A stretch of DNA of 64,000 bases from Octopus vulgaris (taxonomy: Eukaryota), in the NCBI GenBank assembly GCA_951406725.2, contig OX597823.1:103602001-103666000 (forward strand). Direction: 5' to 3'. Each line of letters opens with the position of its first letter. The stretch's first letter is position 1. Under the pieces are notes generated by a model. The model did not search any database. It had not been told where the DNA came from and saw only the letters and a program-made list of their open reading frames with translations. Positions 25,216 to 40,190 of this stretch are shown here, in pieces. The translations under genes and the position numbers were made by a program.

Positions 25216-27079
25216 GAACACTTACGAATGGCCTTCATCTGATGCATAGTTGTCTGATTAGAAAGGTTGCTTAGGAACTAAATGGTTTCAAGTTCAACCC
25301 TACTGTGTAATACTTTGAGTATGAGTCTGGGAGTATTGTCTCGAGTTGGCAAAAGGCCTTGTGATTTAAATTTAGTTGGCAGAACTCGGAGGAACCATTC
25401 TTGTTGTTGAGTGAAAGATTTAATCTGTTTCACAGTTTACAACTCACTCAATCCCACCAACCACGAAAATCCCTTTGAGTGTAGAGTGCACTTTGTTGCA
25501 AGTATCGGACCAGATCTCCGATTCGTAGATACAGGTGTAGGTTCGAACCCCATGCGTTTGACTTCGAGTTTGTTCCGTCCTGGGCTTATACACTCTAATA
25601 GACTATTTTCTTTAGACATGACACGGTGATCGCTTATTATCTTTAAGCTTATAATTATTATCATTTACAGAATTATCACTCGTCACCGCTTCTCCATTCA
25701 ACGCAGAAACGCTCGTTTGTTTGTTTATGAAAAACAAAAAAAAACAAAAAAAACAAAAACAACACTAAGAAATCATAGTTCTTAAATCTAATGAAAAGAA
25801 GTGAGTGGGTATGTTGTTGTTGTGGCTAATACACTTATCGCGAACCAAAGAGGTTTGGGTTCGAACCTGATGCGTATTGACGCCCACTTTTTTCCGTCGA
25901 GGGCAATATTAGAATAATTTCCTTAGCCAATACACAGTGATATCTTATAAGCTTTAAGCTTATTATTATATTCACCGAGGTCGATTTTGCCTTTCATCCC
26001 TTTGGGGTCCATGAATTAAGTACCAGTGAAACACTGGGGTCGATATAATCGACTAGTCCCCTCCCCACAAATTTATGGTCTTATGCCTTTAGTAGAAATG
26101 ACTATGATAATATTAGCTGTGGGATAGCGTCAGAATGGGCAAAAGCACCGAGTGTTACACATTAATACTTCAATGCAGGCAGGACAACTCGTCTCGTAGA
26201 GGATCGAGAACGATGAATATCGATATTTATCTGTTTTGTAGCTCATCGGCATCGTTTATTCGAGCCACTTCCAAACGAATTGAAATCGCTGGTCTGAGGT
26301 ACACATGCAAATAATATTCATCGTTCTCGATCATCTATGCGTTGCATGCTATGACTAGCCGTCTCTGAAAAAGATAAAGCAGTCCATGACGGAATGAAGT
26401 CATGTATCAACATGAGTGGTAAGCTCTCTGAACATCCGCTATGAGAGGTGTCCATCGTTGTCAAATCTGTGCAAGAGAGTACGGGTCCCATAATCACAAT
26501 TGTGTTGGCTATTTTGGGAGAACCATCAGGCGGTGATATTGCACAAAATCAAGTTGCAACTGTCATGTATGTATGTATGTATGTATGTATGTATGTATGT
26601 ATGTATGTATGTATGTATGTATGTATGTATGTATGTATGTATGTATGTATGTATGTATGTATGTATGTATGTATGTATGTGTGTATGTATGTATGTGTGT
26701 ATGTATGTATGTGTGTATGTATGCATGTGTGTATGTATGTATGTGTGTATGTATGTATGCATGTGTGTGTATGTATGTTTGTATGTATTTATGTATGTGT
26801 GTATGTATTTATGTATGTATGTATGTACAATACGTATGTCCGAATGGCATTGATGGATTAGCTTACAAACCAGTCTATATATTCTACTAAGACTCTGTGA
26901 TTGCGTGCTTGCTCGTATACTGTAATTGTCTTGACACATGTTATATCGTGTGATTCAAAACTGATGCCTATGTGTAGCGAGTGTTACCTCGACATGAATT
27001 TATTTTGAATAATTTTCTCTAGCTATTTATTTTCGTCTCACTCTGTATTTAATCCTTTATTCTGCTACTTCAAATATTG

Positions 27080-27290
27080 GTTTCAAAATTTGGCACAAGG
27101 CCAATAATTTCGGGGTAGGGGCTAAGTCGATTACATCGATCTCAGTGCTCAACTGATAGTCATTTTATCGACCTCGAAAGAGCAGAAGGGCAAAGTCGGT
27201 TTCGATGGAATTTGAACTCAGGACGTAAAAACCGACGAAATGCTGCTAAGGATTTTGCTCGACGTGCCAACGATTCTGCCGGCTCGCCAT
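27080..27290 (-). mobile_element. tRNA-SINE (family of 43613-43822)
   Basis: Contains gaatttgaactcagga...cgattctgccggctcgcc. Confidence 0.75.
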
Positions 27291-28876
27291 CTTCTTTTAC
27301 TACAGATATTGCACTGTGACCATAAGTGGGCGCCACATTCTCGTGTATAGTCTCTTTGCTTTGCCTTGGTTTCTTATCTAATGATGGGGTCATGGGGACG
27401 CCGGCGAGCATAGGGCATTTGTTTTTAATTCTTGCGATGCCTATCCTTCTCCAGGTTTGACAATAGCCAATGTCATTTAGAAAGGCAGAAAGAAAGAAGA
27501 GGAAAAATGAGAAAAACCGATCTCAGTACAGGATTGCTCTTTTATTTATCGACCCTGAAAAGATGAAAGGCAAAGTTAACCCTTATTGACATTTGGTCTC
27601 AAGGTGCAGAGAACCAGAATGCTCTTACCACTCAACCAGATGGCCGCCTTGTAATCTAAATAATCAGTATTTATTTAATCAAGTGGAATTCATTCTATCG
27701 ATCTTAGTATCCTCTTACGAGGATTATTCTTGGAAGATTTCATTCTAGGTTTATTCTTGAGAATATTCCCATTGTGTTTTAACAGTGAATTAATCATCGT
27801 TCTTAATTCAGGAAGAACAGGCCTATTTTAACATCATGGCAATTTTCAATTTCATTAATTTACTTATGCAAATGTTATCTGAATTATACTGACTAATATA
27901 AATTTACCCAGTTGTTTTGGATGATGTGTAAGGCTACGGGCACTGCCCTGCTTCTCAGATATCCCAAACACGAAGTCAGCTGGTAGAACACTTAGCATTC
28001 AGTTTGATGTTACTTGATATTGAATCATATATACAATACATTAAATATATAATATAGAATTTAACATATAAATATATATGTATACATACATACATATATA
28101 CAAATCATATACATATATATATACGTAATACTTACATATATACTTACATACACACTAGTATGCATACATAAATTTATAGATATCAAAAACGAGTTTAAGG
28201 AATTTGACTATATATATAGACATACAGAGGGAGAGAGAGAGAGGGAGAAGAGAGAGAGAGAGAAGGAGAGAGAAAGGGGTGAGAAAGAAAAGAGTGACAG
28301 CAGACAAAAAGAGAAAATATGAGAAATATGAAATTTAAGAAATTTGATAAACTTCCTGCCAAAATAGAACAAGCACAAACACACCAACAATAATAACCGC
28401 CAGTGCAACATTAAAACAAACAAGCAAACAATAACAGCAACAACAAAAACAACAACAAAAGCAAGAACACCGCCACCACCACCATCACCATCACCACCAC
28501 CAATGACAACAACAACAACAACCACCACCACCACCACCACCACAACAACAACAACAACAACAAGGACAGAATTGCTACAAGCGACATTCATCAACAATTT
28601 CAACGAATGATAAAACGGATATAATCGTTGGATTCTTTCTTGTCGGCCATAATTAGCAGATGGTTTAAAGAACCAGTAGTGGTATGTGATAGGTCTTTGA
28701 CTGATTATTATCTGGGCCGATGTTTAAGGTCGGTGGGGAAGTCTGTGGCTTCGACAAAACATTATCTCGGGTTACCTCAAAGGTAGATCTAAATACCTTC
28801 TCAATGGTTCAGACCTCAGATTCGTCAGCATTAAATCTATGCCATAGATTCATTTAGAAAGTGAGGGAGATAAAGA

Positions 28877-28907
<31 letters not shown>

Positions 28908-31900
28908 GGAGGAAAAATGTGAGAATGAGAGAGAGAGAGAGAGGGAGGAAGAGAGAAATATAAAACTTATACACACGAAACACATGAAAAATAACTTCTC
29001 TGAACTGTTTCGCATATTCTCTCTTATTAGTCCTTTGTTCCTCTTACCGTCTTTGCATTTCGTTTCTTCTCTCTTCCTCAACCATTTTCCTGTTATCAGA
29101 TCACCCCTAATGGCTATTGTTGTCCATTTACTTCAAGTTTCATTCATTATCTTCATTAGACAGCTTGTGTACAAGATTTCATCAAGAAAATTACTCCTTA
29201 ACCAACATTTAACAAACAACGAACAGCACTAACGTTTAGATTAATCGTTCCCGTTCATACTTATTATAACTTCAATAATGAATTCGGGAAAATCTTTTCT
29301 TCCTCATATTTCAGTGTCTTTAGAAAAAATAATGTTAATGCCTTTGTCAGAAGGGGAAGCTTAGGTTTCATGATCCTCTTCAAGGCCTGGGTGACTGATG
29401 GGAAGAAGGGGAAGTCCTGAAAAGGGGTGCGAGTTCCAGGTTCGATCTTCAACTGTAGTGATTTTACATATGCTGAACACTAAAATTCGCAATATTACAT
29501 TACCATTAAGGCGGTGAGTTGATAGAATCACTGAACCATCACACAAAATGCTTTGCCCTATTTTTTCCGGCTATTTGCGTTCTGAGTTCATGTTCCATTG
29601 AAGTCAACATTGCCTTTCATGCTTCAGAAATAGATAAAATAAAGCATATCGTCTGATATATTCGAGAAAAGTATAAACAAATGCGTCGCGGCGATTACGG
29701 AGGACACCAAATGAGGAGAGAAAATCGCATCATGTTTTTACATGGTTTTACCAGCAAAGTTATGGCCATTGTTGAAATAAATATCACACGTTTTAGAGTT
29801 TGAAAATTGGTTGGTTAGAGTGGAAATGCAATCTGAAGGACGACTTAAAGTGATTCTACATTGTCGTCTTAAAATTAGAGACCAAAATATGGTGAATACT
29901 GTTTTCTATATACATTACTGGAATACGACCGGCTGGTCATAACTGGATTGTCATTAGAGCTCTGCTCAATCAGAGCGACCCAACAAAAACAACAGCGACA
30001 ACAACAACAACTACTACTACTATAAGTAACAGCTACATCAACAATAACACGACTAATAAAGCAACAACAATAACAACACCAACAACAACGAAGACTATAA
30101 GCAATGAAATGCGTTTCCGGGTGTAGTTTAAACAAAATCCGCATCAGATGACGTCATCACGTCTCTGTCTAAAGTCGATCACAAGGTGGGGACGAAATAA
30201 TTTGAAACACTTAAACAGTATCTACGCCAGCATAAACATAGTCATCACGATCATGATCATGATCCTCATCACCATCATCATGACCATTTGATCGATTCCG
30301 ATATTAGGCTGACGTTTGTTCAAAACAAACAAGTGCATAATAATAAAAAAAAAAGATATATATAAGATAAAAATAAATAAACAAGCCATTCTCTTGGTTT
30401 ATTGATTCATATTCTTCGGCTGCTTTGCTTTCTTCGTTGTTTCCGTTTCCCCTTCCCCTTCTGCAATCTTTTTCCTGCCTTTCTTTCCTTCAAGCGGAAG
30501 TCATAGATTCCGATAGGAAATATATCTCAGTAAAGAAAAAGGAAGAAAATACAAAATCGGATATATGTCTATGCACAAATATAAGAAATGGAAGCAGAAG
30601 GTGTAATCCAACTACATATATTTAATCTTCTTCGTGGATTATCTAGATTCTCATTGAAATATATCGTAGATTTTTGCAACCGTTATGTGTATCTTTTGGA
30701 GCTGAATGAAGCGATTGTGAAGTTGTCTCTTATTCTATGCCTATAGAATTGAATGAGAAATATTTAAATATATTTAATTCAAAAGACTTAAGCAAATTTA
30801 CTCCTCTACATGTTGTCAAACACTTAGACTCGTACATACACAGACGCGGCCACACAAACGCGTACATACACAAAGTACACGTATACGCATACAAACACAC
30901 GCGTATAAGTATATACAATTGGGCTTCTCTGTTTTACTTACATGGATACATACATGTAGCTACAGATATATCTACGCTATCGTACCTGTGTATGAAAGTA
31001 GGTATGAATGTACATATGGATATGTGTTTGTGTATGTATCTACACGCGTGTGCACGTGTGTCTGTGTATACACAAGTTCGTATGAGAATGTGTGCGTGCG
31101 CGCGAGCGTGTAGATAAATATCTATACACACACACACTCGCATATACATATACACACATCTAAACACACATGCACGCACACAGTCGCCCGTACATGCACA
31201 CAAAGAAAAAAGCTGAGAATAATGAACATTGTATGTATTTATATGTGAGTGTATGTGTGAGCATGTATGTAAGCATATATGTTTGTATGTGTCCATGTAA
31301 GCCTATAGCTATGTTTGTATATGCCTGTATGAAAAGAATGACGTCGTTAGCAGGGAGAGAAAAAACGCTACAACATAAATTGTAAATAAATACTTTGCAA
31401 GGAATGACAATGAATGCACACCCGAGCAGCTGCACAGTTTTACATGAACGGAGCTTAAGAAGTAGATCTTTCTGCATATCAGCAGAAAGTTATGTAAGGT
31501 GACGTTGCCCGATGCTTAGAGAACAATACCACAATATATATATATATATATAGTACAGTCCTACTAAGATTTCCTGTATTCCATCGCCTGACCGTTAAGA
31601 AATAACGGCCGAATCTCCATAAAATTACGCCTTAATTTTACAATAAGAAAATAAAAGATAGAAAATACATATTAGAAAATGGAAGCTTAGGTATACTTGT
31701 GTTAAAAAGAATGAAAGAAACGGGCGATCAAGACCTGTCCCCAAGAGTTGCAACAAGTCTAATGGTAGGTCTTCCCATTTAGGAATCCCAACTAAACAAT
31801 AATAACACTGATTATTTGCATACTTATCTACACGTCTAGGCAGGTTTAAAAGTAAAATTTGCTGGTCGATGTTGTGTACGCCATAGGACAATAACTCTTC

Positions 31901-32419
31901 CCTTTTACGATGACAGTGTCTTCGGCACACTCGGTTCCTTGGTGCACGGCATCCTGGGACACTGGTGCTCTGACATGTTGTGTCTCGTCAGTCAGACACA
32001 GTTGAAACTCTAAACCTCAACAAGGGTTGCTGACCTTATTTATATTTTCAGCGAGCAAATTGTTTTTTCTGATCAGTGCTTACGTCTGGCAACCGATTAG
32101 AATCGTTATTTGCATTATGTACAGAGAGATCTGAAACGATTATTTGCATATTTATTCTTAACACGCTTAAGCTGGTTCAAACACGAAGTAATAATACCAG
32201 CGACTATATAATCCAACTCAACAACAGAAACAATACCAACATCTCCATATCACAATTACAACATTACTAATATTACAACGATTCAACTTACCAATTTAGA
32301 ACTAATGAATCTTTCACAATATTGGAAGCGAACTGGCTGAGTTGTTACAGCTTCCCTGTGGTATTGTTCCGACTCTCCTCGACCGAGTCCAAGTCTAACA
32401 TATGTCGTCATATGCTTTT

Positions 32420-33030
32420 TATGGCGAAGTTAATTTTTAGCGAAGTCATTTTGAGCGAAGTTATTTTGAGCGAAACGTTACGAGTGAACGGTATTTTCAG
32501 CGAAGGTTAATCTTAAGCGAAATATATACAATCGCATATATTGCGATTGAAGTCAGTGATTGACACCAGCGATTGATAGATATTAACTTAAATGACCTTG
32601 ATGTTTTTCAAAGTTACACAACAATATTCACCAAATGAAAGAATTAGAGCCTTTGCTAGATCCTCTTAATAGACTTCGAAATTTCTGCCAAAAATGCAAT
32701 AACACGCGTATTCCCGCGCTCAAGCATAGCAAATCGTATGGAGAAAGATTACAAACGCGGGTCTAAGAGAGGGATATATTAGCGAAGAAAATGTTCGAAT
32801 GTTAATCAGAATAAGGATTTGCACAGCATTTCTCCCTACATATGATGTTTCAAGCCGTGAGTTGGAAAATTATGACGAAGATCTGGACATTATTTTCGAT
32901 CATTTCGAAGATAATTATATTGGCCATCCATTGGAAAACAACCGTAGAAGAAAACCTAAACAATTCTATATTTGAGAGATGAGGAATTATGTACATTATT
33001 TACATTATTTACATTTGACGGATATTTGCC

Positions 33031-33124
<94 letters not shown>

Positions 33125-33955
33125 GGCTCACTGCCTGGAATTGAACTCGGAATCTTGGGGTTAGTAGCCCGCGCTCTTAACCAGAACTCCATATGCCCGT
33201 GTCAATGAGAACCCAGGTTCGAAATTCCCCCAGAACACCTGATGAAGGCTAGAGAGTTACATCAGCCGAAATGTTAACAACAAAGAAGACGAGGACAAAT
33301 ATCCGTCAAATGTAAAGAATGTAAATAAGGTAAGAAAACCTAAATTTCCAATATCATTGGAAACGTTTTTAGCTGGCTTCTGATGGATCTCCAGTGAACA
33401 AATAATGCCGTAGAAGAATGGCACACTGCTTTTCAAGGCAGTCTGTCTTGTAGTCACATAACAGTTTGCCCCTTTAGAGAGGTTTTAAGAAGGGGAGAGA
33501 GCCTGCAAAGGACGTAATGTTTCGGTATTCGTACTGGAGAACCTGCACAAAAAAGGAAATACATGAACTTAGAATTGTTGAATCAAGAGATTTAGAAATT
33601 ACAAATTATCTTAGACACGTTTCTTACAATATTAGTTTTTGAATTTCTATTCTTTCTAGAATTAATTTTTTTCGATTTTAAACGTTGAGAAGTTTTAGTT
33701 CTTTTCGCAATAAACTGTGCCAATTTTTAATAATTTTTTTATTTACCCGTTGTGAAGGTGTAATGATTTGTACAAAAAAATTATAGATTTCTAGCATAAT
33801 TTTATTTTTATCAACTTCACTCAAAGCGTCTTTTAAATCCAGTTTGAGATTCGCTCAAACTGACATCGATTAATAGGCATCGCTCAAAATGTACATAATT
33901 TTAACTTCACTCAAAATAACTCGACTTTGCTCAACTCGAGTTCGCCCAAACGACT
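32420..33955 (+). mobile_element. MULE/Mutator-like relic with repetitive inverted ends
   Basis: Encodes DIIFDHFEDNYIG...RRRKPKFPIS...TNNAVEEWH, split by an insertion. (ttttgagcgaag) repeats at 32423-32520 face (cttc(a/g)ctcaaaa) repeats at 33812-33950. Confidence 0.72.
32961..33331. mobile_element. tRNA-head + hammerhead composite element with inverted tails and a 13-bp TSD
   Basis: TSD aagaaaacctaaa at 32948-32960 and 33332-33344. tRNA-like head at 33131-33198 (-), HHR-like motif at 33235-33276 (+), inverted tails at ~32996-33033 / 33291-33328. Confidence 0.8.
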
Positions 33956-36799
33956 GAACAGGACTTTTCATCTTTTCGGTCGCCCAGTTTCACGTCACCA
34001 CTGGGCATCATGAGTGCCTTTAGGCGATTCCACTCTGTTGCAAGCATTCAGCCTAAGTCTCCAGTTTGAGAGTGCCTTCTTTTCTCCCACTATTCCCAGA
34101 GGACCCGCAAATCATAACAGACACTGTCTTCCCCACCTGGCAGAGTATTTAAAAAAATGTCGATTAGGCGCAGGCATGGCTATGTGAGTTGAAAAACTCC
34201 CTAAGCAAACACGTTATTCCGGGTTCAGTCTCACTACGTGGCATCTTAGGCAAATGTTTTTTTACTATATCTCCAGGCGAACCAATGCCTTTTAAGTGAA
34301 ATTGTTAGATGGAAACTGTGTTGAATCCCGTTGTATATATATATATGTGTGCATGTATATATATATATATGTATGTATATGTGTGTGTCTCTTTTTGTTT
34401 GTCCATTTCCCTCCACTTGACAACGTGTGTTGCTTTGTGCATGTCCCTGTAAGACAGTGGTTCGGGCAAAAGAGACTGAAAGAACAATACCAGGCATAAA
34501 AAAGTGCTGGCGTCGATATTTTTTAGTGAAGAAAACTTGAAGGTGGTATCCCAGCAGTGCTGCAGTCTAATGACGGAAGCAATTAAGAGACAGTTAGTAA
34601 TGCTAGTAACCTTTTCAACATTTTTAGGTTCCTTCCATGACCCACCAAATCTTCACATACCTTTAAGTCACATACTGATGCATCCAATAGCAGAATTTAT
34701 AGAATTTATGGAAACATAAAAATATTGTGTCATCGCCAACATAATCATTTATAGCAATTCATTATAGCTTATAAAAGTCATCGCTCTTTAATCTTTACAT
34801 TCAAAACACATCTCGCTAGGGGTTTTCCATAAACTGTAGGCAACGACAGTTGTTCGGGGTAACCCGAGAAGTGTTAGTTGCAAAGAGCGCCTTATGAGGT
34901 CACACTCCGCTCAAATTGAAATATTTTAATCACCGACTTGTTGCTAATTGGGAAACAGGAAATGTTTTATTTTATAGTATTAAAAAAAATACTCTTCCTT
35001 GTCTTCCATGTGGAATATCTTTGTTATTTTTGCGAGAAAATAATCTGAATATTTGCCAAAGACCAGCGGAAATGACAAAAAAATACAAAAACAAAAACGA
35101 AACAAAACGAAATAAAATCACTGTGACTACATCTCACATTGATCACGTGTTAGTCTGGCTATGAAATTATATACAACAGGCTACACTCTCTATACCTCTT
35201 ATAATATATTTTCTTTTAATTTTTTCTCTTTTCTCCTACTGTGTGTCTGTGATATATAATCGGACAAATGAAGATATACATAGACGTAGGTAATTTATAC
35301 GCAAAAATAAACGTGGATGATCATACACATCCATGCCAAATGCGAGCTAATGAGGAAGCATCTATATGGTTGCTTGATTTTCAAAAATTCGCTGCCAGAT
35401 CCCTCTTAAATCTCACATTCTATAATCTTAAAAAAATAAAAGAAATGACATTTGATAATATAATCCTAGAGTCACGGTGCCAAAGGAAACAATAGGATGT
35501 TCCGAGCCTGTATAAGGGCTAACTTTGGGCTAAGCAATAACAAATCACTCGTCTATATGCATTCAGTAACACAATGATATATTCATAGAGACATTAACAT
35601 ACATAGAAATATTATCGAGGATGTACATGTCCATAGAAATCCACGTAATGACACATTTTGTAGCAACTATCTCAATTTTGTTTCATTTCCAAGTCTTTGC
35701 TAAAGATGTCACGAGCGAATCCTTCCAATAACCGATGACCCAACATGGAAATCGCTAAGGTACATCATTAATTTATAACGTTGATAAGACGCACAATATG
35801 CCAGGAAAAAAAACAACTAAAAGCCCACCCAACGGAAAAAAGCAAGCAAAAAAAAAACAGGTGTATAAAGTAATTAATTTTACTTAATAAGGAAGAATCA
35901 GATGGAAGTTTCACGCTTCGGACAGGGATCCTTCGTCGATGAAAATCAAAGAAGAGATTAAGAAAAGAAAAATTGCGGAAACGATGTCAAGGCGTTATTA
36001 TCTAAACGACATGTTGCTGAATAAATGATATGTATATCAGAAGCAAAGAGTGCATCAGAGAAAATCTAACTTCTCCTATTCCCCAACTGCATTACATCCC
36101 TCAGCTCCATAAACTAAATACTTTATTTAACGTTTTCCCTTTAATGGCACCTGATCCTGCACCTCCTACTTACTTTTCTGATTCCGTCTTCAGACGCCAA
36201 TAGACTCTCATTTATCAAGCCGTTCCAGTGAGTGTGCCATTATTAGGTCACTCTATCTCATAGAAACTGTATTAAATCTTCTTCTAATCAAAATCACAAG
36301 GAAGGGCATTTTGGATAGTGTACTAATCATGGCTCCCAAAGGAAAAAGATAAATAGTGTGTGATTTGAGAAAGATTTGACAGCTATTTCTAGGATATGAC
36401 TAACCAAATAGATTCTTCCTTATAGGTTTGTATATTCATAGAGATTTTGCATGCGTGTGTAGTTGTGTGCGTTTGTGTGCTCCAGCGTGTTTTTTTTCAT
36501 AGATATCAGCGGAGAATATATCAGACAAAAAGAAAAAAGAAAGAAGGAAAACCAGAAAGAAAAACCGGTGCTTTTGCTCTAAAACAAATTACGTAGATTC
36601 GTAAGGCGTTAAAAATACTGCGAATAAATTGCAAACCAGTCATCAACGTCTCTCGCATCTCGAGTGTTTCCTGCAGTCTTAGCCAGACTCATATATGTCA
36701 AGACTGAATAAGATGTTAGCGGGGACGATATGACTGTGATTTAAACCAGATCCAGACATACATTAATGCGCACACACACGTTTGTATGAACATATACAC

Positions 36800-37103
<304 letters not shown>

Positions 37104-37779
37104 TGTGTGTGTGTGTGTATGTAGATTTACATATACACGTACAAACATGCGTACATTCGCACAAAAATACATATATGCATACACGTACATATATGTATAT
37201 TCGCACATGTATACGTATACACATGCATGTATATACACATGTGGATATGTGTATAGCTTTACACAAGGGAATGTGTACAGACAGTAACAGAGAAGAAGAA
37301 AAATTTAAAGCGTTTAAAATTATATATGCAAATACAATATAACACACTCGAACACACACACATATATAGATACACATACATACACATATATATTTGTGTG
37401 TGTGTATGTGTGTATATGCGTGTGTGTCTGAGTATGAAAATTGTTATAGAGTGTAGTGTGCAGTCAGTGCGCCTGCGTAATAGCAGTGTGCATGCTTCCG
37501 TGCAGCAAAGAGACAAGAACATTGTGTGGGAATATTCTGATTCTCAAAGACCGTCTTTAGCCATTTAGGCGGATGCAGACGTTATGTATCTGGTGTCTAG
37601 ATATGTTTGTCAAAACACTATGGCGAAAATGTAGCAGGAAGGTGCCTTCTAAGGGTTGGGCTCTTTCCATATTTGACAGAAAAAAGAACATACATACAGA
37701 TATATATGTACCTATATATATATATATATATATATACATATACAAAAGTTTGTATACATATATATATGTATATATGTGC

Positions 37780-37841
<62 letters not shown>

Positions 37842-38035
37842 TTGTGTGTGTGTATATGTGTGTGCTTGAGTGTATATGTAAATTTATACGAGGAAATAGT
37901 GTATACATATATACGTATATGTATGTATAGAATTTAGGGCACACTGGTTAATTCGATATGCCGTTGACATGATTCATGTCTCTTATCAAAGATAACAATA
38001 ACAACTATAACAACGATGACAACGACGACGACGAC

Positions 38036-38138
<103 letters not shown>

Positions 38139-38659
38139 GTAATGGCTTTCCTTAATATTTGCCTTAGGGGCAATACAAATAACGCCTAAACGTTCAGAAT
38201 ATGGTAAGTACAATCATTTCAGGGCGTAGCGTTATATGTACGTACACACACACACACGCACAAACACACAGATGCGGGTATGTGTGTGTATGCGTGTGTG
38301 TGTATGTCTGTGTATATATATATTTATGTATATATTTATATGTTTATATATGTATATATACACACACACATATATATATGTGTGTATATATATATATATA
38401 CATTCATATATATATATGTATATATATATATTAAATATATATATATATATATATACGTAATATGCATGCATGCATATATGTATGTGTCTGTCTATCTATA
38501 TCTTTTTATTCTTCACCTTGTTTTAGTCATTTGACTGTGGCCATGCAAGAGCACTGCATTGAAGGTTTTTTTTATTTCGAATAAATCAAATCTAGAACTT
38601 ATTTCTTTTAAGCTTTGTACTTATATCCTTATTTGCTGAACCGCTGTTACGGGTTTACA

Positions 38660-39125
38660 ACGTCAACAACAGGGTGCAAGAGTCATGTTGTGGGCTGCTA
38701 TCATTGGGGACAGACTCAGGATGCCTGAGTGGGTTAAAGTGACTGCAGCCACCTACTACAATCCCCTGAAGGAGGTCTTGGTTCACTGGCTAGATGACAT
38801 ACCGCTGTCACTCTAAGGAATCTTCTATTCATATATGAGAACTCTCCCTCCCACTCTACTAGGGCCACCCAAACATTACTAGGATCTTACAGGATACAAG
38901 TTGAAAGGTTGATGGTGTGGCCGCCCCGCCAGCATCTCCGGATCTCAACCCTATCGAAAATCTTTGGTTCATCATTAAACAAGATGTTTATGACGATGGA
39001 CGCCAATTTACATAGAAAGATGTCTTATGGGCTGTCCAACCTGCTACTATTAAGGAATTACCAGATTCCATGCCTAATAGGGTTTTTGATGTTATCCATC
39101 GGAATGGCGCTCATGTGGCTAAGTA
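38660..39125 (+). pseudogene. Tc1-like (DD34E) transposase relic
   Basis: VMLWAAIIG...ENSPSH...LMVWPP.SPDLNPIENLWFIIKQDVY across frameshifts. Confidence 0.82.
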
Positions 39126-39464
39126 ATTCATTATGTCAATAAATATTATAGCATTATAGTTTTCTGTTAAAAATTATACTCAATATATGCTTAATAAGTA
39201 ACATTATCCTTCATTTTCTGAAAAATAAAAGTTTAGATGGGCTGTTTTCATTCAAAAGCTATTAGCATGGTTCACCCAAAAGCTGAAGAATCTGAAATAA
39301 AAAAGAAAGAGCGTTACACAGAATAATGAAAACATAACAATGGTGTCGCTATAGTGTGCAAATCAGCTGGGAAAAGTTTGATCAAAAATCGTTCGCTAGA
39401 AAAACCGGGGAATCCTAAATTTCACTATTAGAGTGTCTGTGGGTGTTTGTGTGTGTATATATAT

Positions 39465-39767
39465 ATCACCGAGATCAACTAGGCTATCAGATGTTGCTAC
39501 ACATCACTGGTCACAATGCGCTTCGCATTGTTTTAGCCTTCAAGTGACGCCACCCCGCTGGCTAAGCGAGCAGGCCAACAGAAGAAAGAGTGAGAGAAAT
39601 TTGTGGCGAAAGAGTACACCAGGGGTCGCCCCACCACCCCTGCCGGATCCTCGTGGAGCTTTAGGTGTTTTCGCTCAATAAACACTCACAACGCCTGGTC
39701 TGGGAATCGAAATCGCGATCTTACGACCACAAGTCCGCTGCCCTAACCACTAGGCCATTGCGTCTCC
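39465..39767 (-). mobile_element. tRNA-derived SINE, third family (head also at 61602-61770, + strand)
   Basis: The minus strand reads ggagacgcaatggcctagtggttagggcagcggacttg...ttcgattcccagacc. Confidence 0.85.
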
Positions 39768-39774
39768 ACACACA

Positions 39775-39873
<99 letters not shown>

Positions 39874-39984
39874 CTTCTTCCCTTCTTTCCTGAGCGTCCA
39901 ATAATACTTTATTTGTTCCACATCCTTGCGTTGTTGTCTTTTTGTTTTCTTGTTTGGATTAACTTTATATATATATATATATAT

Positions 39985-40190
39985 GGTAGGGTGGGGAATT
40001 CACGAAAAAAACAAAAGACGAAGACAGGTGGTGTAGACAACAAACAGATGTATTAGTATAACGCTAGGGGATTGAAAAAGTCTTTAACGTTTCGAGTCTA
40101 CGCTCTTCCACAGAAAGGAACACAGAAAGAAACAAGGAGAAAAACAAGCAGAGAAAAAGATGTGTGTAGTGGCTACCGATCTATTATGGC
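39985..40190 (-). mobile_element. Solo pLTR with an A6U hammerhead-like motif (40081-40118)
   Basis: Minus strand: ccttt-CTGTGGA-a-gagc(gtag)actc-GAAAC-GTT-aaaga. Confidence 0.62.

Noticed and set aside
25490-25970. Two tRNA-like segments with ggttcgaacc B boxes
   Set aside because: No complete cloverleaf or acceptor stem; likely decayed SINE heads rather than tRNA genes.
30147-30158. Palindromic CRE-like site gaTGACGTCAtc
   Set aside because: A single short motif is expected by chance in 64 kb, and no gene is linked to it.
35905-35950. Possible decayed HHR on the minus strand (cgacga-a-gga..tcc-gaagc-gtg)
   Set aside because: Several core mismatches and a non-cleavable GUG; too weak to call.
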